In this document: positions 1 through 7,729 of the stretch, one piece after another
How the letters are laid out: every line of letters starts with the position of its first letter
How positions within the stretch are numbered: the first letter of the stretch is position 1
Source: a virus
Length of the DNA: 43,004 nucleotides
Virus genome (UHGV): UHGV-0081096
Strand: one strand, 5' to 3'
Made by a program: the position numbers and the translations under genes
Notes under the pieces: model-generated
The model's input: the letters and a program-made list of their open reading frames with translations, nothing else
Databases searched by the model: none
Told to the model about the DNA's origin: nothing

Positions 1-460
1 TGTTACTGTAAGTTCAACTTCTGTAACATATCAGGTCGGTACAAGTGGCACTACTCCTCCGACAGGAACTTGGAGTCCTACGGTTCCTAACGTTGCAAAT
101 GGTCAATATCTATGGACAAAGACAGTAGTAAAGTACTCAGATGGAAAGTCTACTGAATCATATTCTGTATCTTACAAGGGAACAAATGGTATTAATGGTA
201 CAAATGGTAAGGATGCTATTACAATGGCAATCACTTCAAGTGGTGGAACAATCTTCAAGAACACCGCCATTGCCACAACTTTAACTGCTCATGTCTACAA
301 AGGCGGAGTTGAAGTGACTGGCACTGCTTTATCTAGTTTAGGAACTATCAAATGGTATAAAGATGGAGGAACTACTGCAGTAGCGACAGATTCGACTTAT
401 ACAATTGGTGCAGGTGACGTTTCGAATAAAGCTACATTTAGTGCTCAATTGGAGGGATAG
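1..460 (+). CDS. 3' part of a minor tail protein that starts at 42625 and wraps across the window ends (279 aa total)
   Basis: Frame from ATG 42625 ends with AG; adding base 1 (T) gives AGT and continues open (VTVSSTSVTYQ...GQYLWTKTVV...GTNGINGTNGKD) into the ORF ending at 460. Thr/Ser/Gly-rich with short G-X-Y stretches. Confidence 0.85.
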   Translation, partial: VTVSSTSVTYQVGTSGTTPPTGTWSPTVPNVANGQYLWTKTVVKYSDGKSTESYSVSYKGTNGINGTNGKDAITMAITSSGGTIFKNTAIATTLTAHVYKGGVEVTGTALSSLGTIKWYKDGGTTAVATDSTYTIGAGDVSNKATFSAQLEG

Positions 461-462
461 AT

Positions 463-1212
463 ATGGCAATTAAAGCAACAGCTTTAATTACATTAACTAG
501 AGTAAATGATGGTGCAACTGGAACAGGTGTTGCAAGCATGACTCAACAGTATTACATGAGTGATTCGAAGACTACTCAAAGTGGTGGCTCATGGGTCGAA
601 TCAATGCCTACATGGTCAAATGGTAAGTATTTATGGACTAGATATAAAGTTGTTTATAAGAATCCAACTTCAACAGTTTATACAACTCCAGTATGTGATA
701 GCTCATGGGAGGCAGTCAATGAAGAAAGTATTAAGCGACAATCGGCGATTGAGACTAAAGCAAATGAAATTACTTCAAAAGTATCAGAAACTTATGTGTC
801 AAATTCGGCTTTGAATCATTATAAAGAAGAAGTATCTACTCAGTTTAGCCAAACCAAGCGTGATTTTACGTGGTCAATTAATCAAAGTGTAACTGATGCT
901 AAAAATGAGATGAGCGGTCAAATCGACAGTGTAAATGGTCGTGTTGATGGATTAAAGCAAACCACAGACAACGTAAATAATTACATGAGCTTTGATAATG
1001 ATGGATTGACTTTAGGTAAATCAGACAGTGCATTTAAAACTAAGATTACAAATCAAGAATGGTCGATTCAAAAAAATGGTGCAAAGGTAACATATATAAA
1101 CGACCAAACAATGTACATTACTGATGGTCAATTTACGCAGTCTTTAAAAATCGGTAACTTTGGATTTGTTCCAAGAGCAAATGGCTCTTTGGACTTTAAA
1201 AAGATAAGGTAG
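463..1212 (+). CDS. minor tail/baseplate protein
   Basis: GGAGG RBS; YLWTR repeat, coiled-coil middle, C-terminal IGNFGFVPRANGSLDF typical of siphovirus tail proteins; position in tail module. Confidence 0.7.
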   Translation: MAIKATALITLTRVNDGATGTGVASMTQQYYMSDSKTTQSGGSWVESMPTWSNGKYLWTRYKVVYKNPTSTVYTTPVCDSSWEAVNEESIKRQSAIETKANEITSKVSETYVSNSALNHYKEEVSTQFSQTKRDFTWSINQSVTDAKNEMSGQIDSVNGRVDGLKQTTDNVNNYMSFDNDGLTLGKSDSAFKTKITNQEWSIQKNGAKVTYINDQTMYITDGQFTQSLKIGNFGFVPRANGSLDFKKIR

Positions 1213-1220
1213 GTGATTGA

Positions 1221-3101
1221 ATGGCACAATTTAGTGGAAGCATAGGAATAAGCACAGGGCAGACAGATAAGTATTCGTTATTATTGGATGTTTCTGAAAA
1301 GTCTTATTCAATTGAAAATAACACATCTCAAGTTGAGTGGTGGGTTGGTATCCGTTCGAACACTGCATACCATAATCACTATGGTTTAGCAGAAACTTAT
1401 ACTGTAGTAATAAATGGTTCAACTGTACACAGTGCGGTTCATAAACCTACAGTTGGCAATGGTCAGACTGTATGGGTGGCAAGTGGTACTGCTACTGTTG
1501 GTCATAATGCAGATGGTTCTAAAACTGTTGCAGTAAGCGCATCATTTAATAATGCAGACAGAGGAACATATTTACCAACGACAGGATCATGCAGTGGTAG
1601 TTTAAAGTTAACGACAATACCACGTGCAACTACTCCATCAATTGATAAACAGAGTTTAGATTGTGGTAGTGCAATTAAGATTAGTGGTACAAGCGCATCA
1701 AGCAACTTTTCACATAAAGTTTATGTAACTTGGAACGGAACAAAAACACAAATAGGAACAATAGCTAGTGGTACAACATCCCCTAGCTTTTCTTATACCA
1801 TTCCGACAGATTGGGAAAAGAATATTCCTGATTCAACAAGTGGTATTGCTACATTTACATTAGAAACAATCAGTGGTTCAACATCAGTTGGTTCTAAAAC
1901 AGTAAATGCGACAATTAAAGTAAGAAGTGGTGTCGTTCCTAGTATCGGAACTGTATCAATATCTGATACAAATTCAATTTGCGCAGGAATAGGTCAATAT
2001 GTCCAGAGTCAATCAAAGTTAAAATTCTCGATTGCTACAAGTGGTAATCAAGGCTCAACGATCACATCAGTGTCGACTAAATTTAATGGCCAAACATACA
2101 GTGGTAGCACATTTACAACTCAAGCGATTCAAAATAGTGGTACGCTATCATACACAATCACAGTTATAGATTCACGTGGTAGAACTGCTACTAAGAGTGG
2201 TTCAATAAATGTAGTTGCATACAATCCACCTAGTTTAACAAATGTAAGTGCAAAACGTGCTAACTCAAGTTATGCAATTGATGAATCAAGTGGAACGTAT
2301 GCTTTATTGCATTTTAAAGTCGGTTTTACAAGTTTATCAAATAAGAATGTGACATCATTCTATATTCAGTATCGAGCAAGTGGTGCTACTAGTTGGACAA
2401 AGATTAATTCGTGGGCTAACAATTACACATTGAATCAAGATTACAAAGCAGGTAATTTATTTACCTCGACAACGACAACGTATGAAATTGCATTCGGTGT
2501 TAAAGATAAATTCATGAGTGATTATTCTTGGCAAATCGTTACAGTTACACCAACTTATACATTGATTAATTTTGGTAAAGATGGAAAATCATTAACTTTT
2601 TTTGGACAAGATGGTAACAACGCTAACCGACTAACTGTTAATGGCGATTTAGCAATTAATTCAGTCAAAGAAAATACATCTTCAACTAAGCTATTAGTTA
2701 ACGATGGTAACACTGTTATGTATCGTGATTGGAATAAATTGGTAAGCTCAATCAAGAGCGCGATGTATCCAGTTGGTTCTGTGTATATCACTTACAACAA
2801 TGTCAACCCTGGTACATTCCTAGGCGGAACATGGGAGCGCTTTGGGCAAGGCCGTACATTAGTTGGTGAAGGAACTGGTAATGATGGTAGTACAAGTATG
2901 TCTTTTACGGCTAATGACACAGGCGGAGAGTACATTCATTCTTTGCTACGTGACGAGATAGGATATATATATTATGGTGCTTTGCTTAACAGTAATGGTA
3001 ATCAAATAGGTGTTCATGACCATGATGACAAAATGAAAAAAGCAAAGATACCATTATTGCAACCATATATCACCGTCTACTTTTGGCACAGAATTAAATA
3101 G
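1221..3101 (+). CDS. tail fibre / receptor-binding protein (DUF859-like body, gp10-C-like C-terminus); expression locus of the shufflon
   Basis: 626 aa, Ser/Thr-rich beta protein; ends YPVGSVYIT...NPGTFLGGTWERFGQGRTLVG...QPYITVYFW; last 67 aa homologous to three downstream cassettes. Confidence 0.85.
   Translation: MAQFSGSIGISTGQTDKYSLLLDVSEKSYSIENNTSQVEWWVGIRSNTAYHNHYGLAETYTVVINGSTVHSAVHKPTVGNGQTVWVASGTATVGHNADGSKTVAVSASFNNADRGTYLPTTGSCSGSLKLTTIPRATTPSIDKQSLDCGSAIKISGTSASSNFSHKVYVTWNGTKTQIGTIASGTTSPSFSYTIPTDWEKNIPDSTSGIATFTLETISGSTSVGSKTVNATIKVRSGVVPSIGTVSISDTNSICAGIGQYVQSQSKLKFSIATSGNQGSTITSVSTKFNGQTYSGSTFTTQAIQNSGTLSYTITVIDSRGRTATKSGSINVVAYNPPSLTNVSAKRANSSYAIDESSGTYALLHFKVGFTSLSNKNVTSFYIQYRASGATSWTKINSWANNYTLNQDYKAGNLFTSTTTTYEIAFGVKDKFMSDYSWQIVTVTPTYTLINFGKDGKSLTFFGQDGNNANRLTVNGDLAINSVKENTSSTKLLVNDGNTVMYRDWNKLVSSIKSAMYPVGSVYITYNNVNPGTFLGGTWERFGQGRTLVGEGTGNDGSTSMSFTANDTGGEYIHSLLRDEIGYIYYGALLNSNGNQIGVHDHDDKMKKAKIPLLQPYITVYFWHRIK
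2886..2912 (+). repeat. shufflon recombination site A (core GTATGTC 2896-2902)
   Basis: GGTAGTACAA-GTATGTC-TTTTACGGCT inside the tail fibre gene at codons S-M-S-F-T. Confidence 0.8.
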
Positions 3102-3123
3102 TTAAGGTATGTCATTTACTGCT
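3097..3123 (+). repeat. shufflon recombination site B (core 3107-3113)
   Basis: AATAGTTAAG-GTATGTC-ATTTACTGCT. Confidence 0.8.
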
Positions 3124-3330
3124 AACAATACAGGTGGTAAATATTACTCGGATGTTCTTAATAGCTCGGACAAACAATATGGTTTAAGAAAGAACGACGG
3201 CCCAACATATTACACCGAACGTACTATTGTTCGTAGTTCTGATGTAGGAAATGGTAGCGGAGAACGTAGTGCAAAAGTATCTTTAGTGCAACCATACATT
3301 ACAGTACATTTTTGGAAAATGACGGCTTAA
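3109..3330 (+). CDS. silent tail-fibre C-terminal cassette B
   Basis: MSFTANNTGGKY...VQPYITVHFWKMTA; same first and last motifs as the expressed C-terminus. Confidence 0.85.
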   Translation: MSFTANNTGGKYYSDVLNSSDKQYGLRKNDGPTYYTERTIVRSSDVGNGSGERSAKVSLVQPYITVHFWKMTA

Positions 3331-3331
3331 T

Positions 3332-3604
3332 TTATGCGGTCCTTCTCCAAAAGAAAACAACTATGTATGGTTGTACATTATCAATAGTACGGTTATCAGT
3401 CCAATTCAATCGCACTTGACGTGATATAAAAGAACTAGTTTGAATTCCATATCCATTTGGAATTACTGAGGTTCGGTCATATGCATTATTAGCTGCTCCG
3501 TCTGGTCTACCTGCATAAAAATAATCTCCATCCCAACCAAACGAAGTGACATGATAGTGAGTATTCTTGTATTTTCCATCACTTGAATTTGGTGTAAATG
3601 ACAT
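3332..3604 (-). CDS. silent tail-fibre C-terminal cassette C (inverted)
   Basis: MSFTPNSSDGKY...VQPYIVVFFWRRTA. Confidence 0.85.
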   Translation of the reverse strand: MSFTPNSSDGKYKNTHYHVTSFGWDGDYFYAGRPDGAANNAYDRTSVIPNGYGIQTSSFISRQVRLNWTDNRTIDNVQPYIVVFFWRRTA

Positions 3605-3616
3605 ACCTATGCAGTA
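3590..3616 (-). repeat. shufflon recombination site C (core 3600-3606)
   Basis: minus strand TACTGCATAG-GTATGTC-ATTTACACCA; abuts the stop codon of cassette D. Confidence 0.75.
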
Positions 3617-3882
3617 CGTCTCCAAAAGTATACAGTGATATAAGGTTGGATGTTGTTATGAGATGCATCCCCACCTACATTACCAGTGCCTGGTCCAAAT
3701 AATTTCGTATCTGAAGTATATTGTTTCCAACTGTTAGGTAATGCTACAGTCCATTTCGGAGCATTTACTTGTGGGTTAGACGTAGTATTTTGAATATATA
3801 CCGCATGTTTATGGTTCGGCATTTCATCTACAGTTAACTTATGTTTATATTCACCACCAGTCGAATTAGCAGTAAAGGACAT
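3607..3882 (-). CDS. silent tail-fibre C-terminal cassette D (inverted)
   Basis: MSFTANSTGGEYKHKLTVDEMPNHKH...HNNIQPYITVYFWRRTA. Confidence 0.85.
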   Translation of the reverse strand: MSFTANSTGGEYKHKLTVDEMPNHKHAVYIQNTTSNPQVNAPKWTVALPNSWKQYTSDTKLFGPGTGNVGGDASHNNIQPYITVYFWRRTA

Positions 3883-3894
3883 ACATTGACTACT
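3868..3894 (-). repeat. shufflon recombination site D (core 3878-3884)
   Basis: minus strand AGTAGTCAAT-GTATGTC-CTTTACTGCT; arms 7/10 inverted-symmetric; overlaps the recombinase stop codon. Confidence 0.8.
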
Positions 3895-4783
3895 TGTAAT
3901 AATCACAAAGCAACTCTACACATTTTCGCTTTAATTCCATTTGCGGATGCACATAAATATTCATTGTGATTGATACGTTTGAATGGCCAAGTAATTCACT
4001 CAATGATTTATAATCACAACCACATTCAATACATCTTGTTGCAAATGTATGTCGTAATGCATGGAATTTAAGATGTGGTAGGTCAAGTTCTTTTAAGACT
4101 CTATTGTAGTAAAGTCTGTATTTGTTAGGTTCTATTGGTTTATCTCGATTCGTTAATACATAGTTATCTTCTTCGCCTTGAAGAAGTATTGCATAGTGCA
4201 TTATCCATGTATTTAACGGAATCATTCGAGTACTGGAACGTGATTTAGGTGGTGTTATTGAAAGATGGCTACCATCTTCTTTTGTGTATGTGCGTATCAT
4301 GGTTTTGCTTATATTTAATAACTTGGTTTGAGTGTTTATATCAGACCATTTTAAAGCGCACAGTTCACCTATGCGTATGCCTGTATGGATACACAGTAGG
4401 ATTCCAAAGTTTTTGTTGTTAATCTCAGATTGGAGGTGATTAATCAATGTTATTTGATTTTCTTTTTCAAAAATCTCTACCGCCTTAGATGGATGGTACG
4501 GTAGTTGAATATCGACTTTGAATGGAAGTGTAAATTTTAAAATTTGAATAATGTCTTTGGCATATTTGAATGATATACCACCTTTTCCATCTTTACGGCC
4601 ATTTTCAAGTTTTTGAAGAATAAACTCTTGCAGAATATCGTTGTTCAAATCCTCAATCTGAAAATTGCCAAGTTTTGGCAAAATGTGATTGTGGATCACA
4701 TTACAATAATTTGTGTAAGTGCTGTATTTTAGATAGATTTTCTTTTCCTTTAACCAGGATGTTAATTTGTCAGAATATAGCAT
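3890..4783 (-). CDS. tyrosine recombinase, putative shufflon invertase
   Basis: 297 aa; GIRIGE (R), PKS (K), HALRHTFA (HxxR), LLGHS, IYVH (Y); no arm-binding N-terminus; GAGGT RBS; adjacent to the cassettes. Confidence 0.92.
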   Translation of the reverse strand: MLYSDKLTSWLKEKKIYLKYSTYTNYCNVIHNHILPKLGNFQIEDLNNDILQEFILQKLENGRKDGKGGISFKYAKDIIQILKFTLPFKVDIQLPYHPSKAVEIFEKENQITLINHLQSEINNKNFGILLCIHTGIRIGELCALKWSDINTQTKLLNISKTMIRTYTKEDGSHLSITPPKSRSSTRMIPLNTWIMHYAILLQGEEDNYVLTNRDKPIEPNKYRLYYNRVLKELDLPHLKFHALRHTFATRCIECGCDYKSLSELLGHSNVSITMNIYVHPQMELKRKCVELLCDYYK

Positions 4784-4827
4784 TTTGTTTTACCTCGCTT
4801 TTTTATATGTTAATAGGAGGATTTTAT

Positions 4828-5076
4828 ATGACTAAAGTTCATGAAATCAATTTAAATACAAAGTTATGGAATTTCTTTACTGAGCATGACTTTATTATTC
4901 TTGATTTGACAGACAAACAAATCAATGAACAAGATTATGTGTTATTTAAACAAGTATCGTTAGACGAAGGGAAAGAAACTGATACAGGTTTATTTAGAAT
5001 GACACAAATTCGTAGCATCACAACTAATGATGGATTCAAAGAAGGCTATGTGATGCTAAATGTAACTAAATTATAG
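4828..5076 (+). CDS. small DUF3850/ASCH-like protein
   Basis: AGGAGG RBS before ATG 4828; C-terminal GFKEGYVML motif. Confidence 0.5.
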   Translation: MTKVHEINLNTKLWNFFTEHDFIILDLTDKQINEQDYVLFKQVSLDEGKETDTGLFRMTQIRSITTNDGFKEGYVMLNVTKL

Positions 5077-5088
5077 GAGGAATATAAG

Positions 5089-5358
5089 ATGATTGATTTT
5101 GCAGAATTAAGTAAATATTTTGTTTTGGTAGTGGTAGTAGCTTGTTTGATTGTTGGCTATATTTTGAAAACATCTTTTGAAAGCTTTCCAAACAAGTACA
5201 TTCCTACAGTATTAGCATTCGTTGGATTAGTACTTAACCTAGCAGTCAGTGGATTGTCAATTGAAAATGCGGTTTATGGTGCATTGATGGGATTAGCTAG
5301 TACAGGCATGCACCAAGCTTTCACAAGGTTTGTTGAAGGCACTACCGAAGAAAAATAA
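5089..5358 (+). CDS. holin
   Basis: 89 aa, 2-3 hydrophobic segments, NKYIP and GLASTGMHQ motifs; upstream of lysin. Confidence 0.85.
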   Translation: MIDFAELSKYFVLVVVVACLIVGYILKTSFESFPNKYIPTVLAFVGLVLNLAVSGLSIENAVYGALMGLASTGMHQAFTRFVEGTTEEK

Positions 5359-5375
5359 AGTAGGTGGCTTGCAAT

Positions 5376-5771
5376 ATGAATTTTGTAATTACAAGCCAAC
5401 AGATTGTGTGGATTTGTGGATTCATAGCATCCATTTGGGGTGTTGTGAAAATTATTAAAGAGCTAAAAAAGCCAAGTGATGATCTGAAAGCTAAAGTTCA
5501 AAGACATGATGAACTATTGCACAAGGATAATGAGCGCTTGAACTCGTTGGAAAAGATTACTCTAAATCAAGAGGGAATTAATCGCAAATTAGAAGAACAC
5601 ACTCGGCTTTTATCTGACCATGATGGCCGTTTAGATGAAGATAAAGAACGCAGTAATTTATTGCTTAAAGCAAATATTGCAATCTTGAATGGTTTATTGT
5701 CAGACTCAGATAAAGAAAAGTTAGTTGAAACTAGAAATGAAATTCAAGACTTTTTAGTCGAAAAAAATTAG
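5376..5771 (+). CDS. lysis-module membrane protein (N-terminal TM plus coiled coil)
   Basis: IVWICGFIASIWGVV hydrophobic segment then heptad-rich region. Confidence 0.6.
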   Translation: MNFVITSQQIVWICGFIASIWGVVKIIKELKKPSDDLKAKVQRHDELLHKDNERLNSLEKITLNQEGINRKLEEHTRLLSDHDGRLDEDKERSNLLLKANIAILNGLLSDSDKEKLVETRNEIQDFLVEKN

Positions 5772-5783
5772 GAGGACATAAAT

Positions 5784-5888
5784 ATGGAAGAAAAAGAAGT
5801 AAAATTTGAAGAATTATCAGAAGAAGCTCAATCAGAGCTATCAAACGGAAAAGAAGAAGGTGAAGATGAATGTCATACTCAAGCTTAA
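5784..5888 (+). CDS. 34-aa highly acidic peptide overlapping the endolysin start
   Basis: AGGAGG RBS; MEEKEVKFEELSEEAQSELSNGKEEGEDECHTQA; too short for the ORF track. Confidence 0.6.
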   Translation: MEEKEVKFEELSEEAQSELSNGKEEGEDECHTQA

Positions 5889-6940
5889 CAAATAAATATA
5901 TTCCTGCTAGTGCAGACAACTATATGCGTGGTAGAGGTGGTTATAAAGTTTGCAAAATCACACCTCATCACATGGCTTGTCAGTGGAGCGCTGAAAGATG
6001 TGCTCAATCATTCCAAGTAAGTGGAAGAATGGCTAGTGCAAACTATTGCATCGGCTCAGATGGTACGATCGTTGCTAATGTTGACGAAGAGAATCGTGCA
6101 TGGACATCAAGTAACTACTACAACGATTGCCAATCTATCACAATTGAAGTTGCAAATGAAACGTGTGCGCCTAATTGGACAATCTCAACTAAAGCATGGA
6201 ATGCATTGGTAAATCTATGCGTGGATGTATGTAAACGATATGGATTCAGATTGAATTACACTGGTAATGCGAATGGCAGCTTAACCGAGCATAGAATGTT
6301 TGCAGCTACATCTTGTCCTGGTTCTTATTTGCATTCGAAAATGCCACAGTTAGCACAAGAAGTAAATGCTAGATTAGATGGTCAGACTGTAGTGCCAAGC
6401 ACTCAAAACACTCCAAGTGCCCCAAGTGGTGAGAAGTACTCAGTTAGTACACCTATCTGTACAAATACATTAAGTGTAAATTGCTATGGTACAGGTAAAG
6501 TTTATAAAGGTGATTGGAGTGGAACAATTGGACGAGTGATTAAAGGTGCTAAATATCCATATCGTGTTGATCGTAACGGTGTAGCGATTGGATGGACAAA
6601 TGATACAGGAATTGATACAGACCCTCATATCCCTGGTGGTTCTCAAACGCAAGCAGTTCAAACTGTATTAAACAGTGTTCCTTCAGATTTTATCAGAGAA
6701 AGTGCTACATTCTATCCAAACACAACGTTGAAGATTAGAAAAGCACCAACTGAAAAAGGAATTGATACAGGATCATTCTACAATCAAGGAATGTCTGTAC
6801 GATATGACGGATATGTAAAACGTGAAGGATTCGTTTGGATCAGTTGGATTAGTGCGTCTACAGGCGAAAGAAGATGGATGAAAGCTGGCGTATTAAATTC
6901 AAAAGGATACAACACTAATCCATATGGAAGATTTGCTTAA
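5870..6940 (+). CDS. endolysin, N-acetylmuramoyl-L-alanine amidase (Amidase_2) with C-terminal SH3b-type domain
   Basis: ITPHHMA, SANY, RAW, SITIE, EHR..ATSCPG motifs; C-terminal VRYDGY...GFVWISW. Confidence 0.92.
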   Translation: MSYSSLTNKYIPASADNYMRGRGGYKVCKITPHHMACQWSAERCAQSFQVSGRMASANYCIGSDGTIVANVDEENRAWTSSNYYNDCQSITIEVANETCAPNWTISTKAWNALVNLCVDVCKRYGFRLNYTGNANGSLTEHRMFAATSCPGSYLHSKMPQLAQEVNARLDGQTVVPSTQNTPSAPSGEKYSVSTPICTNTLSVNCYGTGKVYKGDWSGTIGRVIKGAKYPYRVDRNGVAIGWTNDTGIDTDPHIPGGSQTQAVQTVLNSVPSDFIRESATFYPNTTLKIRKAPTEKGIDTGSFYNQGMSVRYDGYVKREGFVWISWISASTGERRWMKAGVLNSKGYNTNPYGRFA

Positions 6941-7070
6941 ATTTAATATAAAACGTGTCAAAATTGTTCAACGTTGACACAAAATTGTACAAAATGTACT
7001 GAAAATAATTCAAAATATAAAAAATGACACAAAAGTTGAACTAAACAATATTTTTAATGACTAAATCGAG

Positions 7071-7100
7071 CCTACGTGTAAAGCGTAGGTCCTTTTTTTT
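7071..7100 (+). terminator. rho-independent terminator ending the late operon
   Basis: CCTACG/CGTAGG stem followed by T8. Confidence 0.75.
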
Positions 7101-7214
7101 GTGCTATAATTGAACAGGTTTGAGGTTAATATCACATGTTGGTATCAATCTATGGTAGCTCTGTTTATACATGGCTTTTTTCAGTGGTTTATGCATTTAC
7201 GTGATATAATCATG

Positions 7215-7416
7215 TTGCTAGGAAAAGTAGAGCGATAAAGGCCTAAGCTCTCTTTTGTGTAGAGACAATTGCAGACGTGTGACTGTATCTTCACTTTTCT
7301 CTTGTAGGCGACTAGCAAAAACAACAACAAAATGTGACAATCACTAAAAGCTCCCCTTTTTAGAAACTGTCACCAAAACGATTCCATACCTCATCCACAT
7401 CAGGTATGGTTTTTTT
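7215..7416 (+). ncRNA. candidate structured small RNA
   Basis: extended -10 TGATATAAT (7202-7210); nested stems, possible pseudoknot, C-rich loop hairpin; terminator CCATACCT/AGGTATGG + T7 (7384-7416). Confidence 0.5.
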
Positions 7417-7457
7417 GTTTTTTTAACAAATTGTTTAATTTAGATGTTATATTATTG

Positions 7458-7536
7458 ACGTGTTAATTGTGACACGCCCTTTCCTAAAGATATTCTTTAT
7501 AGCAGAAAAGTCTCCATGCCAGCAGGAGGCTTTTTT
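7458..7536 (+). ncRNA. candidate ~80-nt small RNA
   Basis: TGTTATATT extended -10 (7445-7453); hairpin CGTGTT/GACACG, CCCTTTCCT tract; terminator AAAAGTCTCC/GGAGGCTTTT. Confidence 0.4.
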
Positions 7537-7576
7537 GTATGCCTATATAATAATAAGGAGGAGAATTTATGAATCT

Positions 7577-7726
7577 GTGGCATAAAACTTTGGTACAGTG
7601 GCATATGAAATGGAATATTTTTTTAGATTTTACTAAATAAAAAGTAGTCATATAGGTGAAAATATGAGAAAATTAGAGTAGTTAGAGGAGAAAGGGATAT
7701 TGACTTATTTACCATTTTAAAGGTAA
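7577..7726. other. putative attP (arm-type repeats and core)
   Basis: direct repeats GTGGCATA (7577, 7598), TGGTACA (7591), TGGAATA (7611); inverted TTACC-N8-GGTAA (7709-7726); between lysin and integrase. Confidence 0.45.
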
Positions 7727-7729
7727 TGA

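Noticed and set aside
3060..3650. 3' CAACC.TA.AT...TTTTGG block as a second recombination site
   Set aside because: Variation is concentrated at wobble positions, consistent with protein constraint (QPYI..FW) rather than a DNA site.
2898..3882. Diversity-generating retroelement as the explanation for repeated tail-fibre ends
   Set aside because: No reverse transcriptase seen. Cassettes differ throughout and in length rather than only at adenines, and two are inverted next to a recombinase.
4047..4053. Extra GTATGTC heptamers (also at 22181)
   Set aside because: They lack the TTTAC arm and any cassette; expected by chance in 43 kb.
6955..7050. GTGTCAA-N12-TTGACAC and GACACAAAA repeats after the lysin as operators or an array
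   Set aside because: Spacing differs from the GTGTC-N8-GACAC operator, and the repeats are short and irregular in AT-rich DNA.
7229..7251. Pistol-ribozyme resemblance (AAGGCCTAAGC)
   Set aside because: The complementary pseudoknot strand lies downstream rather than in an upstream P1 loop, so the topology does not match.
7569..7640. 23-aa ORF MNLWHKTLVQWHMKWNIFLDFTK behind an AAGGAGG RBS
   Set aside because: Its Trp/His pattern is simply the translation of the TGGCATA arm-like repeats. Not excluded, but unsupported as a protein.
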